DNA of 64,000 nt from Sporichthyaceae bacterium (GCA_031365725.1 JANLYQ010000010.1:50238-114237); one strand, 5' to 3'. Shown: positions 29,956 through 41,780, counted from the first letter of the stretch. The notes: generated by a model not told the origin, from the letters alone. A program made the numbers and translations.

Positions 29956-30034
29956 AGCCGCCGTTCCCTTCGACGTCGTGTCCGGCTCAACGAGCGGGGC
30001 AGCGAAGGCCGTCGGTTGACCTGAGAGACTGCCC

Positions 30035-31192
30035 GTGATGGCCACTCTCACTCTTGTCCTCGTCCTTGCCGTGCTGGGCCTGCTCGTCCTTGTCGGTGGC
30101 GGCATCGGCCTCTACCGCGGCACGCGGCGGCGGGGGAGCAACCGGCTCGGCACCGGCACGCTGACCGGGCCCGACCTGACTCCGGCGGAGACCAGCGGTC
30201 CTGACGGCAGCACCGGCGCTGGCACCGTCGTCGACGATGGCCCGCGCACCGAGACCCCGACGCCCGTCGCCGGCCGGATGGGACGGCTGCGCGCTCGCCT
30301 CGGCCGGTCCCAGGGCTCGCTCGGCCGCGGCCTGCTCGGCCTGCTCTCCCGCGACACCCTCGACGAGGAGACGTGGGAGGAGGTCGAGGACGTCCTGCTC
30401 ACCGCTGACGTCGGTGTCGGTCCGACCCAGGAGCTCGTCGGTCGGCTGCGCACCCGGGTCCGCGAGATCGGCACCCGCGACCCGGCCAGCGTCCGCCCCC
30501 TGCTCCGCGAGGAGCTGCTGAGCCTGGTAGGCGTCGACAGCGACCGCTCCCTGCGCACCACGGGGACCGAGGGTCGCCCAGCGGTGGTCCTCGTGGTCGG
30601 AGTGAACGGCACCGGCAAGACGACCACGGTCGGCAAGCTGGCCCGCGTGCTGGTCGCCGACGGGCGCACCGTGCTCCTCGGTGCTGCCGACACGTTTCGC
30701 GCGGCTGCCGCTGACCAGCTGGCCACCTGGGGCGAGCGGGTCGGAGCCCCCGTCGTCCGCGGGCCGGAGGGCGGCGATCCCGCCAGCGTGGCCTTCGACG
30801 CCGTCAAGCAGGGCGGCGAAGGCGGCTACGACGTGGTGCTGGTCGACACCGCCGGCCGGCTGCAGAACAAGGTCGGGCTGATGGACGAGCTCGGCAAGGT
30901 CAAGCGCGTCGTGGAGAAACACGGACCGGTCGATGAGGTGCTGCTCGTCCTCGACGCGACAACGGGCCAGAACGGCTTGGTCCAGGCGCGCGTCTTCGCC
31001 GAGGTCGTCGATGTCACCGGCATCGTGCTGACCAAGCTGGACGGCACCGCTAGGGGCGGCATCGTCGTGGCCGTCCAGCGCGAGCTCGGGGTGCCGGTCA
31101 AGCTCGTGGGTCTCGGCGAGGGCGCCGATGACTTGGCACCCTTCGACCCTGAGGTCTTCGTCGACGCCCTGCTGGACGTCGACCCGAGCTGA
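30035..31192 (+). CDS. ftsY: Signal recognition particle-docking protein FtsY
   Basis: N-terminal membrane anchor, acidic linker, NG domain with GVNGTGKTTT, DTAGR, TKLDG motifs. Confidence 0.9.
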   Translation: MMATLTLVLVLAVLGLLVLVGGGIGLYRGTRRRGSNRLGTGTLTGPDLTPAETSGPDGSTGAGTVVDDGPRTETPTPVAGRMGRLRARLGRSQGSLGRGLLGLLSRDTLDEETWEEVEDVLLTADVGVGPTQELVGRLRTRVREIGTRDPASVRPLLREELLSLVGVDSDRSLRTTGTEGRPAVVLVVGVNGTGKTTTVGKLARVLVADGRTVLLGAADTFRAAAADQLATWGERVGAPVVRGPEGGDPASVAFDAVKQGGEGGYDVVLVDTAGRLQNKVGLMDELGKVKRVVEKHGPVDEVLLVLDATTGQNGLVQARVFAEVVDVTGIVLTKLDGTARGGIVVAVQRELGVPVKLVGLGEGADDLAPFDPEVFVDALLDVDPS

Positions 31193-31205
31193 GGCAGGTC
31201 CGGCC

Positions 31206-31679
31206 ATGAACGGTCAGCCACATGCGGTCGTGCAGCTGCCCGGTGCCGCTCGGGAGCTGGACATGGGTCCGTTCCAGATGACGGTGCTGGCTGACTCACC
31301 GGATACCGCAGGTGCCCTCACCGTGCTCGAGGCCGATGAGCCGCCGGGCTTCGAGCCGCCGATGCACGTGCACCACGACGCGGGTGAGGCGTTCTACGTC
31401 CTCGACGGGCTGTACGTCGTCTTCATCGAGGACGAGGAGCACCACTGCCCCGCGGGGTCCTTCATCTACGTCCCGGCCGGGATGCGGCACGGCTTCCGGG
31501 TGGGGCCAGAACCCAGCCGCAAGCTGAACATCTACCTGCCGGGGGCGATGGTCGGCTACTTCGAGGCGCTGGCAGCGTCGACGGCGAGCGGCGACCACCT
31601 GGACGCCGACGCGCTCACCGACCTGGCCGCTCGCCATGCCATGGAGGTCCTCGGACCGGTCCCCGAGGGCTACCTCTGA
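31206..31679 (+). CDS. Cupin domain-containing protein
   Basis: 157 aa, ATG at 31206. Cupin metal motif (HVHHDAGEAFYVLDG ... YVPAGMRHGF). Confidence 0.65.
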   Translation: MNGQPHAVVQLPGAARELDMGPFQMTVLADSPDTAGALTVLEADEPPGFEPPMHVHHDAGEAFYVLDGLYVVFIEDEEHHCPAGSFIYVPAGMRHGFRVGPEPSRKLNIYLPGAMVGYFEALAASTASGDHLDADALTDLAARHAMEVLGPVPEGYL

Positions 31680-31700
31680 GCGTCCGATCTGTGGATCGGC

Positions 31701-31747
31701 GTTACCGCGACGTAACAGGCGCTGCGGGATTGATACCTGCCGGAAAC
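31701..31747. promoter_or_regulatory. Putative GlnR-type boxes upstream of amt-glnK-glnD
   Basis: gttac-cgcgac-gtaac (31701-31716) and gatac-ctgccg-gaaac (31732-31747) resemble the actinobacterial GlnR a-site/b-site consensus gTnAc-n6-GaAAc. They lie 70-120 bp upstream of the amt GTG. Confidence 0.35.
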
Positions 31748-31818
31748 CTGAGGCGCCGCGATCGGTAACCCGCGGCGAGCAGTCTCCTCCCCAGACATCG
31801 GTCCCTAGGAGGAACCCT

Positions 31819-33506
<1,688 letters not shown>

Positions 33507-33630
33507 CCTGCCGGGCTCGGGAGCGGTTGTCCCGGCGGCAGGGTCAGCCCTGCCGTCGGACTACGCCGCCCGCCGCCGGGAGCTCCTGGCCGACTCCGGT
33601 CAGTCCAGGAATCCCGGCGCGGGCAGCGTC

Positions 33631-35934
33631 ATGCGCCGCCGGGGCCTTGCGGCCCTCACCGACTCGTGGCTGCGCCAGGTCTACGCCAGCGCCACTGCCG
33701 CGGCCGGCGTCCCGCCCGACAAGTCCGCTCTCGTCGCGGTCGGTGGCTACGGTCGCGGTGAGCTCGCGCCTGGGAGCGACCTCGACCTGGTGCTGCTGCA
33801 CGTCGACCGGGACCGCGCCTCCGGGGTCGCTGTCCTGGCCGACAAGATCTGGTATCCCGTCTGGGATACCGGCGTACGACTCGATCACGCCGTGCGCACC
33901 TTCGAGGAGGCGCGCCGGCTGGCGAGCAACGACCTGGCGGTGCTGCTCGGTCTGCTCGACGCACGGCCTGTCGCGGGCGACGCGGCGTTGGTGGGTCGCC
34001 TCCGCACCAGTATCCTGGGGGACTGGCGCGGGGCAGCCCGCCGGCGGCTGCCCGAGCTGCGCGAGGCGTGGGACGAGCGCGGAGCCCGCTCGGGGGACCT
34101 CCGGCACGACCTCGAACCCGACCTGAAAGAAGGCCGCGGCGGCATGCGCGACGTGGTCGCGCTGCGCGCCGTTGCTGCCTCGTGGGTCGCCGACCGTCCG
34201 CATCGTGACGTCGACGACGCAGTACGCCGGTTGGCCGACGTGCGCGATGCGTTGCACCTGACCACGGGGCGCGCCGGCAACCGGCTGCTGCTGCAGGAGC
34301 AGGACCAGGTGGCGGCTGCTCTCGGGCTGCCCGACGCAGATGACCTACTGCGCGCCGTAGGCGCTGCCGCCTCAGCCATCACCCACGCCGCCGACGTCAC
34401 GTGGCGCCGCGCGCTGCAGGCAAGCCGACCGCAACGTGCACGTTTCGTCCGAGGTCGGCGCCCGGTGCTGCGTCTGTTGGGTGCGGGCCTCGCCGAGCAC
34501 GACGGCGAGGCGGTGCTCACGGCCCAGGCCGACCCGCGCTCTGATCCGTTGCTGGCCTTGCGGATGGCGGCCCGTGCCGCGCGCGCTGGTCTGCCGCTCT
34601 CACCCAGCTCGGTCGACCGTCTTGTGGCTGATGCACCACCGATCGACGAGCCCTGGCCGGAGAACGCCCGGCAGCTGTTCGTCGACCTGCTCGGTGCCGG
34701 CCCCCAGCTGGTCGGGGTCTGGGAGGCGCTGGACCACGCCGGCCTCATCTCGCGATTGCTGCCGGAGTGGCACCTCGTGCGGCATCGGCCGCAGCGCAAC
34801 GCGGTGCACCGCTTCAGTGTCGACCGACACCAGCTCGAGACCGCCGTACGCGCTGCTGCACTTGTCCGAGACGTACGTCGCCCTGACCTGCTGCTCGTTG
34901 CTGCGTTGTTGCACGACATCGGCAAGGGCTCGGAGCGCGACGGTCGTGACCACAGCCAAGCGGGCGAGCCGGTTGCCCGGATGGCCGCTCGGCGGATGGG
35001 TTTCGATGCACCTGACGCCGACCTGGTCGCGCTGCTGGTGCGCCACCACCTGCTGCTGGTGGAGACGGCAACGCGGCGCGACCTCGAGGACCTGGCCACG
35101 GTCACCTCGGTAGCCGACCTGCTGCAGGCCGCGCAGGGCGACGGCCGTCCGGACCCCGTCGAGGCACTGGAGCTGCTGGCGGCCCTGACCCGGGCAGACG
35201 CACTGGCCACCGGGCCGGCTGCATGGAGTGAGTGGAAGGCGGGGCTCGTGGACGAGCTGGTCCGACGCACGGCGTTGCAGCTGCACGGGGCACTGCCACC
35301 GCCCCGACCCCCGCTCACCCCGGCCCAGGCGGACCTCGTCGCCGGCGGTCGCCTCGCAGTCGTGGCCGAGCCGGACGAGGCGGTCACCTGGACGATCACT
35401 GTGGCCGCACCGGACCGGACCGGCCTGTTCGCCACGATCGCCGGAGTCCTGGCGCTGCACCGGCTCTCGGTCCGCTCCGCGCAGGTCCGCACGGAGGGAC
35501 CGGTCGGCGCGCAGATGGCGCTCGACGTGTGGACCGTCGTGCCCGACCGCGACCACGAGCCGCGCTCCGAAGCCCTGCGCAACGACATCGCTCGTGCGTT
35601 GGCCGGCGAGCTCGAGCTGACCCAGCGGCTCACCGCTCGCGACGCCAGCCGCCGCCCGCCCGCCAGCCCGCCGGCCGCGCCCCGGGTCGACATCGTCGAG
35701 GCCGCGTCAGACACGGCGACGGTCATCGAGGTCCGCGCCGGTGACCGGCCGGGACTGCTGTACCGGCTCGGCCGGGCGTTGGCCCTCATGGGCGTCGACA
35801 TCCGCGGTGCACGGGTGGTGACGCTGGGGGCCGAGGCGGTGGACGTGTTCTATCTGCAGGACTCGGCCGGAGCCCGGTTGACCGAAGTGGCCGTCCGGGA
35901 GGCGGTGCGGCTGCTCACCGACGCCGCCGGCTGA
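33631..35934 (+). CDS. glnD: [Protein-PII] uridylyltransferase / uridylyl-removing enzyme
   Basis: Nucleotidyltransferase motif VAVGGYGRGELAPGSDLDL, HD domain (LLHDIGKG), C-terminal ACT domains. First in-frame ATG after the glnK stop is 33631. The ORF-track start 33427 would overlap glnK. Confidence 0.85.
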   Translation: MRRRGLAALTDSWLRQVYASATAAAGVPPDKSALVAVGGYGRGELAPGSDLDLVLLHVDRDRASGVAVLADKIWYPVWDTGVRLDHAVRTFEEARRLASNDLAVLLGLLDARPVAGDAALVGRLRTSILGDWRGAARRRLPELREAWDERGARSGDLRHDLEPDLKEGRGGMRDVVALRAVAASWVADRPHRDVDDAVRRLADVRDALHLTTGRAGNRLLLQEQDQVAAALGLPDADDLLRAVGAAASAITHAADVTWRRALQASRPQRARFVRGRRPVLRLLGAGLAEHDGEAVLTAQADPRSDPLLALRMAARAARAGLPLSPSSVDRLVADAPPIDEPWPENARQLFVDLLGAGPQLVGVWEALDHAGLISRLLPEWHLVRHRPQRNAVHRFSVDRHQLETAVRAAALVRDVRRPDLLLVAALLHDIGKGSERDGRDHSQAGEPVARMAARRMGFDAPDADLVALLVRHHLLLVETATRRDLEDLATVTSVADLLQAAQGDGRPDPVEALELLAALTRADALATGPAAWSEWKAGLVDELVRRTALQLHGALPPPRPPLTPAQADLVAGGRLAVVAEPDEAVTWTITVAAPDRTGLFATIAGVLALHRLSVRSAQVRTEGPVGAQMALDVWTVVPDRDHEPRSEALRNDIARALAGELELTQRLTARDASRRPPASPPAAPRVDIVEAASDTATVIEVRAGDRPGLLYRLGRALALMGVDIRGARVVTLGAEAVDVFYLQDSAGARLTEVAVREAVRLLTDAAG

Positions 35935-36015
35935 CCCACCGGCGTACCACCGTCGTCGCATTCTCCCGGGGAGCGACCGGCCCGCGGGGGACACGTCGAC
36001 AGTTAGGCTCTTCCC

Positions 36016-37596
36016 GTGTTCTCCACCCTTTCCGACCGGCTTGCCGCGAGCTTCAAGAATCTGCGCGGCAAGGGCCGGCTGACCGACGCCGACATCGATG
36101 CCACGACGCGGGAGATCCGGGTCGCGCTGCTCGAGGCCGATGTCGCGCTGCCGGTCGTCAAGGACTTCATCGCCGCGGTGCGCGAGCGGGCCCGCGGCGA
36201 GGAGGTCAGCCAGGCGCTGAACCCGGCCCAGCAGATCATCAAGATCGTCGATGAGGAGCTCGTCGCGATCCTGGGTGGCGCGACCCGCCGCCTCAGGTTT
36301 GCCAAGAACCCACCGACCGTGATCATGCTCGCTGGCCTGCAGGGTGCCGGCAAGACGACGCTGGCCGGCAAGCTCGCCTTCTGGCTCAAGGGTCAGGGTC
36401 ACCAGCCGTTGCTCGTCGCCGCGGACCTGCAGCGACCCAACGCCGTGACCCAGCTGCAGGTGGTGGGGGAGCGGGCCGGTGTCGCGGTGTTCGCTCCCGA
36501 GCCGGGCAGTGGTGTCGGCGACCCGGTGTCGGTCGCACGCCGGGCCATCGAGCACGCCAACGCTCGCATGCACGACGTGGTCATCGTCGACACCGCCGGT
36601 CGGCTTGGCATCGACGCCGACCTGATGCAGCAAGCGTCTGACATCCGCGACGCGGTGAAGCCCGACGAGATCCTCTTCGTGGTCGACGCCATGGTCGGCC
36701 AGGACGCGGTCGTCACCGCGCAGGCCTTCCTCGACGGCGTCGGCTTCGACGGCGTGGTGCTGACCAAGCTCGACGGTGACGCCCGCGGCGGTGCGGCGCT
36801 GTCGGTCGCGAAGGTCACCGGCCGTCAGGTGATGTTCGCCTCCAACGGCGAGAAGCTCGAGGACTTCGACACCTTCCACCCGGACCGGATGGCCTCGCGC
36901 ATCCTGGACATGGGTGACGTCCTGACCCTCATCGAGCAGGCCGAGAAGGCCTTCGACAAGGACCAGGCCGAGGAGATGGCCGGCAAGTTCGGCCGCGGCG
37001 AGGACTTCACCTTCGAGGACTTCCTCTCCCAGATGGAGAGCGTCCGCAAGATGGGCTCGATGTCCAAGCTGCTCGGGATGCTGCCCGGCATGGGCGCGAT
37101 GCGCGAGCAGATCGAGAACATCGACGAACGCGAGATCGACCGCACCACAGCCATCATCAAGTCGATGACGCCGGCTGAGCGACGCAATCACAAGATCCTC
37201 AACGGGTCACGGCGTCAGCGCATCGCCAAGGGCTCCGGCCGCACGGTGGCCGACGTCAACGGGTTGGTCGACCGCTTCACCGATGCGCAGAAGATGATGA
37301 AGCAGCTCGCGGCCGGTGGCGGCATGCCGGGGATGCCCGGCATGGCGATGCCGGGCTTCTCGGGCATCGGGAGGGGCAAGAAGGCCAAGGGCAAGGCGGT
37401 GGCTGCCCGCAAGCCCAAGGGTGGTCGCAGCGGCAACCCGGCCAAGCGCGCCATCGAGGCGCAGCGGTCCCTGGAGGGCGGCGGTCCCGGCGCGTCCGGA
37501 GGTCCCGGCTCGCTTCCGGGTGGCCTCGGTGACGGGCCCGCGGACTTCGAGCTGCCCCAGGGGCTGCGCGGGCTGCTCCCGCCCGGCCAGCGCTGA
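36016..37596 (+). CDS. ffh: Signal recognition particle protein Ffh
   Basis: NG domain (GLQGAGKTT, DTAGR, TKLDGD) and Met-rich M domain with a Gly/Pro-rich C-terminus. Confidence 0.9.
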   Translation: MFSTLSDRLAASFKNLRGKGRLTDADIDATTREIRVALLEADVALPVVKDFIAAVRERARGEEVSQALNPAQQIIKIVDEELVAILGGATRRLRFAKNPPTVIMLAGLQGAGKTTLAGKLAFWLKGQGHQPLLVAADLQRPNAVTQLQVVGERAGVAVFAPEPGSGVGDPVSVARRAIEHANARMHDVVIVDTAGRLGIDADLMQQASDIRDAVKPDEILFVVDAMVGQDAVVTAQAFLDGVGFDGVVLTKLDGDARGGAALSVAKVTGRQVMFASNGEKLEDFDTFHPDRMASRILDMGDVLTLIEQAEKAFDKDQAEEMAGKFGRGEDFTFEDFLSQMESVRKMGSMSKLLGMLPGMGAMREQIENIDEREIDRTTAIIKSMTPAERRNHKILNGSRRQRIAKGSGRTVADVNGLVDRFTDAQKMMKQLAAGGGMPGMPGMAMPGFSGIGRGKKAKGKAVAARKPKGGRSGNPAKRAIEAQRSLEGGGPGASGGPGSLPGGLGDGPADFELPQGLRGLLPPGQR

Positions 37597-37601
37597 CCGG
37601 C

Positions 37602-38696
37602 GTGGCTGCCGTGACGCCGCTGCACGTGCGCGGGGTCGTGCTGCCCGACGCCGAGCACGGCGAGCTGTGGGTCGACGACCAGGGCCTCGTGCGGTACGCC
37701 GAGGTGCCCGGCGCCCAGACCCTTGCGGCCACGGGCTGGATCGTTCCCGGGCTGGTCGACGCGCACTGCCACGTCGGACTCGACGCCCACGGCGGGGTCG
37801 ACGACGCGACCGCCGAGGCGCAGGCCACGACCGACCGTGACGCGGGGGCACTCCTGCTGCGCGACGCCGGGTCGCCGGTGGACACCCACTGGATCGACGA
37901 CCGCGACGACTTGCCCCGCATCGTGCGAGCGGGGCGGCACATCGCCCGCAGTCGTCGCTATCTGCGCAACTTCGGCGCTGAGATCGAGCCGGACGACCTC
38001 GTCGCCGAGGTCGAGACCCAGGCCGCCCGTGGCGACGGCTGGATCAAGCTGGTCGGGGACTGGATCGAGCGCGACGCCGGCGATCTCACCCCCTGCTGGC
38101 CGGCCGATGCTGCCGCCGCGGCGATCGCCCGGGCCCATGAGCTCGGCGCGCGGGTCACCGCCCACTGCTTCGGAGAACAGTCCGTGACCGAGCTGGTCGC
38201 GGCCGGCATCGACTGCATCGAGCACGGCACCGGCATCACCGATGCCGTGATCGCGGCGATGGTCGCCCAGGGCACGGCGCTGGTGCCGACCCGGGTCCAG
38301 CTCGACAACTTCACTGGCTACGCCGACGCCGGGCAGGAGCGGTTCCCCGCCTACGCCGCCCAGATGCGCGGCCTGCACGCCCGTTGCGACAGTGTGCTGC
38401 GGGCGGCGTACGACGCGGGGGTGACCCTCTACACCGGCTCGGACGCGGGCGGGGTGCTGCCGCACGGGCTGGTCGGGCGCGAGGTGCTGGCCCTGCACGA
38501 AAAGGTCGGGATGACAGCGGTCGATGCCCTGGCGTCCGCGTCCTGGGGCGCCCGGTCATGGCTCGGTCGGCCCGGTCTCGGTGAGGGAGACCCGGCCGAC
38601 CTGGTGGTCCTGGCCGGCGATCCACGCGAGGACCTGCGGGTGCTCCAGCACCCGGCCGCCGTCGTGCTGCGGGGCCGTGTCGTGGCCACCGGCTGA
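37602..38696 (+). CDS. Amidohydrolase family protein
   Basis: Metal-binding HxH (VDAHCHVGLD), a later H...H, and a D near the C-terminus. 364 aa. Conserved between ffh and rpsP in actinobacteria. Confidence 0.7.
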   Translation: MAAVTPLHVRGVVLPDAEHGELWVDDQGLVRYAEVPGAQTLAATGWIVPGLVDAHCHVGLDAHGGVDDATAEAQATTDRDAGALLLRDAGSPVDTHWIDDRDDLPRIVRAGRHIARSRRYLRNFGAEIEPDDLVAEVETQAARGDGWIKLVGDWIERDAGDLTPCWPADAAAAAIARAHELGARVTAHCFGEQSVTELVAAGIDCIEHGTGITDAVIAAMVAQGTALVPTRVQLDNFTGYADAGQERFPAYAAQMRGLHARCDSVLRAAYDAGVTLYTGSDAGGVLPHGLVGREVLALHEKVGMTAVDALASASWGARSWLGRPGLGEGDPADLVVLAGDPREDLRVLQHPAAVVLRGRVVATG

Positions 38697-38948
38697 ACGT
38701 CGGCCGCGGAGATCCACTGGACGCTCCGACACCCGACGCTCTGCAGGAGTGGTGTGTCCACGTCCGAAGGATCGTGCGGGCGGGCAGCGATTTCGGCGGT
38801 GGGGTGCGGTCTGGCATGATGGCGCGCTGAACCCGGTGCGCCTGCGGCCCTCTACCCGCTGCGTCCCGCGTCCATCTCGCGCCAGGCCCGGTTCCGCACC
38901 CCACGCGGCACAGGCCCGGCCACCATATGACTCAGGAGTCCCACCCTC

Positions 38949-39518
38949 GTGGCTGTCAAGATCAAGCTGATGCGCATGGGCAAGATCCGCGCGCCGTACT
39001 ACCGCATCGTCATCGCCGACTCGCGCACCAAGCGCGACGGTCGGGCGATCGAGGAGATCGGCAAGTACCACCCCACCCAGGAGCCCTCGCTGATCGAGGT
39101 CAACTCCGAGCGCGCGCTGTACTGGCTGGGGGTCGGCGCGCAGCCGACCGAGCCCGTCGCCGCGATCCTGAAGGTCACCGGCGACTGGCAGAAGTTCAAG
39201 GGCCTGCCGGGCCAGGAGGGCACCCTGCGGGTCGCCGAGCCCAAGGCCGACAAGAAGCTGGTCTTCGAGGCAGCGGCCAAGGCATCGGCCGGCGAGCCCA
39301 AGGAGGGCGCGACGACGCCCAAGAAGAAGGCCGTCAAGAAGGCTGTTGCCCCCGAGGCTCCTGCGGCTGAGGCTCCTGCGGCTGAGGCACCAGCTGTCGA
39401 GGCTCCTGCGGCTGAGGCACCGGCTGTCGAGGCTCCTGCGGCTGAGGCACCGGCTGTCGAGGCGCCTGCTGCTGAGGCACCTGCTGCCGAGGACGACGCC
39501 CCGAAGGCCGAGGCTTAA
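38949..39518 (+). CDS. rpsP: 30S ribosomal protein S16 with a ~100-aa Ala/Pro/Glu-rich C-terminal extension containing (APA[AV]E)n repeats
   Basis: Canonical S16 core [43 protein letters not shown]... The tail is encoded by 15-nt tandem repeats at ~39353-39490. Confidence 0.85.
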   Translation: MAVKIKLMRMGKIRAPYYRIVIADSRTKRDGRAIEEIGKYHPTQEPSLIEVNSERALYWLGVGAQPTEPVAAILKVTGDWQKFKGLPGQEGTLRVAEPKADKKLVFEAAAKASAGEPKEGATTPKKKAVKKAVAPEAPAAEAPAAEAPAVEAPAAEAPAVEAPAAEAPAVEAPAAEAPAAEDDAPKAEA

Positions 39519-39521
39519 CCC

Positions 39522-39761
39522 GTGCTCGAGGAGGCTCTCGAGCACCTGGTCCGGGGCATCGTCGACCACCCGGACGACGTCGCCGTGCGCGACCGCACCG
39601 GTCGTCGTGGTCGGACTCTCGAGGTGCGCGTGCACCCCGAGGACCTCGGCAAGGTCATCGGTCGGGCCGGTCGCACCGCGAAGGCGCTGCGCACCGTGGT
39701 CGGCGCGCTGAGCCAGGGCCCCGGCGTCCGCGTCGACTTCCTCGACGTCGACGAGCGCTGA
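39522..39761 (+). CDS. KH domain RNA-binding protein (Rv2908c-like)
   Basis: 79 aa. VIGRAGRTAKALRTVV KH-type GXXG loop. Conserved between rpsP and rimM. Confidence 0.75.
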   Translation: MLEEALEHLVRGIVDHPDDVAVRDRTGRRGRTLEVRVHPEDLGKVIGRAGRTAKALRTVVGALSQGPGVRVDFLDVDER

Positions 39762-39808
39762 TCCCGGCTCCGGCTGCGTCAGCACCTCCTCGACCGGCTT
39801 ACCTGACC

Positions 39809-40363
39809 ATGGATGTTGTCGTCGCCCGCATCGGGCGTCCGCACGGCATTCGTGGCGAGGTGTCCGTAGAGATCCGCACCGACGACCCCGAGGGTCGGCT
39901 CGGCGTGGGCAGCAGCCTGCGCACCGAGCCGCCCTCGGCCGGTCCACTCACCGTCAGCGGCGCCTGGGTGCACTCGGGCCGGCTGATCCTCTCATTCGCG
40001 GGGGTCGAGAGCCGGTCCGGCGCCGAGGGCCTGCGCAACGTGCTGCTCGTCGCCGACGTCGACCCGACCGAGCGCCCCGATGACCCCGAGGAGTTCTACG
40101 ACCACCAGCTGGTCGACCTCGAGGTGCGCACCGTCGCGGGGGAGCACGTCGGGCGGCTCGCCGAGGTACTGCACCTGCCCGGTCAGGACGTCCTGTCGGT
40201 GCAGCGCCCCGACGGCACCGAGTTCCTGATCCCGTTCGTAGCCGCCATGGTCCCCGCCGTCGACCTCGACGCCAAGCTCGTGCTTGTCGACCCGCCGCCC
40301 GGCCTGCTGGCCGAGCTGCCCGATGCTGCTCCGGCGGACCCCAGCGACCCGCGCGAGGACTGA
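39809..40363 (+). CDS. rimM: Ribosome maturation factor RimM
   Basis: [16 protein letters not shown]-terminus and PRC barrel C-domain. Confidence 0.85.
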   Translation: MDVVVARIGRPHGIRGEVSVEIRTDDPEGRLGVGSSLRTEPPSAGPLTVSGAWVHSGRLILSFAGVESRSGAEGLRNVLLVADVDPTERPDDPEEFYDHQLVDLEVRTVAGEHVGRLAEVLHLPGQDVLSVQRPDGTEFLIPFVAAMVPAVDLDAKLVLVDPPPGLLAELPDAAPADPSDPRED

Positions 40364-40364
40364 C

Positions 40365-41201
40365 ATGCGTCTCGACGTCGTCACGATCTTCCCCGACTAC
40401 CTCGCTCCGCTGCGGCTCTCGCTGATCGGCCGCGCCGTCGACGACGGCTTGATCGACCTGCGGGTGCACGACCTGCGCCGCTGGACCAGCGATCGCCACC
40501 GCACCGTTGACGACTCGCCGTACGGCGGTGGGCCGGGCATGCTGATGCGCCCGGAGCCCTGGGGGGACGCCCTCGACGAGATCACGGCGGGGGCCGACGC
40601 ACCCGGTCCGCGCATCCTCGTCCCGACGCCCGGTGGCGCGCCGTTCCGGCAGGCGATGGCGCTCGAGCTGGCAGCCGAGCCGTGGCTGGTGTTTGCCTGC
40701 GGGCGCTACGAAGGCATCGACCAGCGGGTCGTCGACGCTGCTGCCGACCTCGGCCGCGTGACCGAGGTCAGCCTCGGTGACTACGTGCTCAACGGGGGAG
40801 AGGTCGCCGTCCTCGTCATCGTCGAAGCCGTCGCCCGGCTGTTGCCCGGGGTGATCGGCAACGCTGACTCGCTGGCCGAGGAGTCCCACAGTCCCCACAA
40901 TGCCGGGCTGCTCGAGGCGCCGGCCTACACCAAGCCCGCGACCTGGCGCGGTCGCGCGGTGCCACCCATCGTGCTGTCCGGGGACCACGCGCGCATCGCC
41001 CGCTGGCAGCGGGACGAGTCGTTGCGCCGCACCGCCGCCCGGCGCCCCGACCTGCTGGCTGCGCTGCCGGTGGACGGGCTCGACCGGCGCGACCTCGCCG
41101 TCCTGGGCGAGCTCGGCTGGGTCGTGGTTGAGGCTGAGGGCACCGAGGCTGACCGGCGTACGCCGCGATTGGCCCGGGTCGAACCGCCTGTGGCAGACTG
41201 A
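40365..41201 (+). CDS. trmD: tRNA (guanine37-N1)-methyltransferase
   Basis: [15 protein letters not shown]... 2 bp after the rimM stop. SPOUT knot motifs ([17 protein letters not shown]). Confidence 0.9.
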   Translation: MRLDVVTIFPDYLAPLRLSLIGRAVDDGLIDLRVHDLRRWTSDRHRTVDDSPYGGGPGMLMRPEPWGDALDEITAGADAPGPRILVPTPGGAPFRQAMALELAAEPWLVFACGRYEGIDQRVVDAAADLGRVTEVSLGDYVLNGGEVAVLVIVEAVARLLPGVIGNADSLAEESHSPHNAGLLEAPAYTKPATWRGRAVPPIVLSGDHARIARWQRDESLRRTAARRPDLLAALPVDGLDRRDLAVLGELGWVVVEAEGTEADRRTPRLARVEPPVAD

Positions 41202-41372
41202 GCGGCTGCTGAGCACCGCGTGCGCCCCCGCCACAGGGAGGGCGCGACCGCACGGTCGCTCGGCACACCACGTTCGTCCCACGGTCGTCACGGCCCCGTG
41301 CCGCGACATCGACCGACACAACTCCACCCCACACCGTGGGTGACCTGTGGCACCGCGAGAGAAGAGACCACG

Positions 41373-41732
41373 ATGCAGACGCTGGACGCCCTCGACGACG
41401 CCTCGAAGCGCACCGACATCCCCGACTTCCGCTCGGGTGACACGGTCAAGGTCCACGTGAAGGTCATCGAAGGCACTCGCTCCCGCATCCAGGTCTTCCA
41501 GGGCGTGGTGATCCGTCGCCACGGTGGTGGTGTGCGCGAGACCTTCACGGTCCGCAAGGTCAGCTTCGGCGTCGGCGTCGAGCGCACCTTCCCGGTGCAC
41601 ACCCCGGTGATCGACAAGATCGAGGTCGTCACCCGCGGCGACGTGCGCCGCGCCAAGCTCTACTACCTGCGCGACCTTCGCGGCAAGGCCGCCAAGATCA
41701 AGGAGAAGCGCGACGCCCGCGTCGCGCGCTGA
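41373..41732 (+). CDS. rplS: 50S ribosomal protein L19
   Basis: MQTLDALD...[29 protein letters not shown]. 119 aa. The ORF-track start 41220 is a spurious extension. Confidence 0.9.
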   Translation: MQTLDALDDASKRTDIPDFRSGDTVKVHVKVIEGTRSRIQVFQGVVIRRHGGGVRETFTVRKVSFGVGVERTFPVHTPVIDKIEVVTRGDVRRAKLYYLRDLRGKAAKIKEKRDARVAR

Positions 41733-41780
41733 CCTGACGCCGCTCCTCGACAGCAGCGTCGACCCCCTCGGCCGCCCGCT

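Noticed and set aside
29502-30038. 178-aa plus ORF, and several minus ORFs, spanning the smc-ftsY repeat island
   Set aside because: The translation merely follows tandem and inverted DNA repeats (e.g. DQVPPLVDRDDQVRPLV). There is no start context and no protein-like composition, so the region is treated as non-coding repeats.
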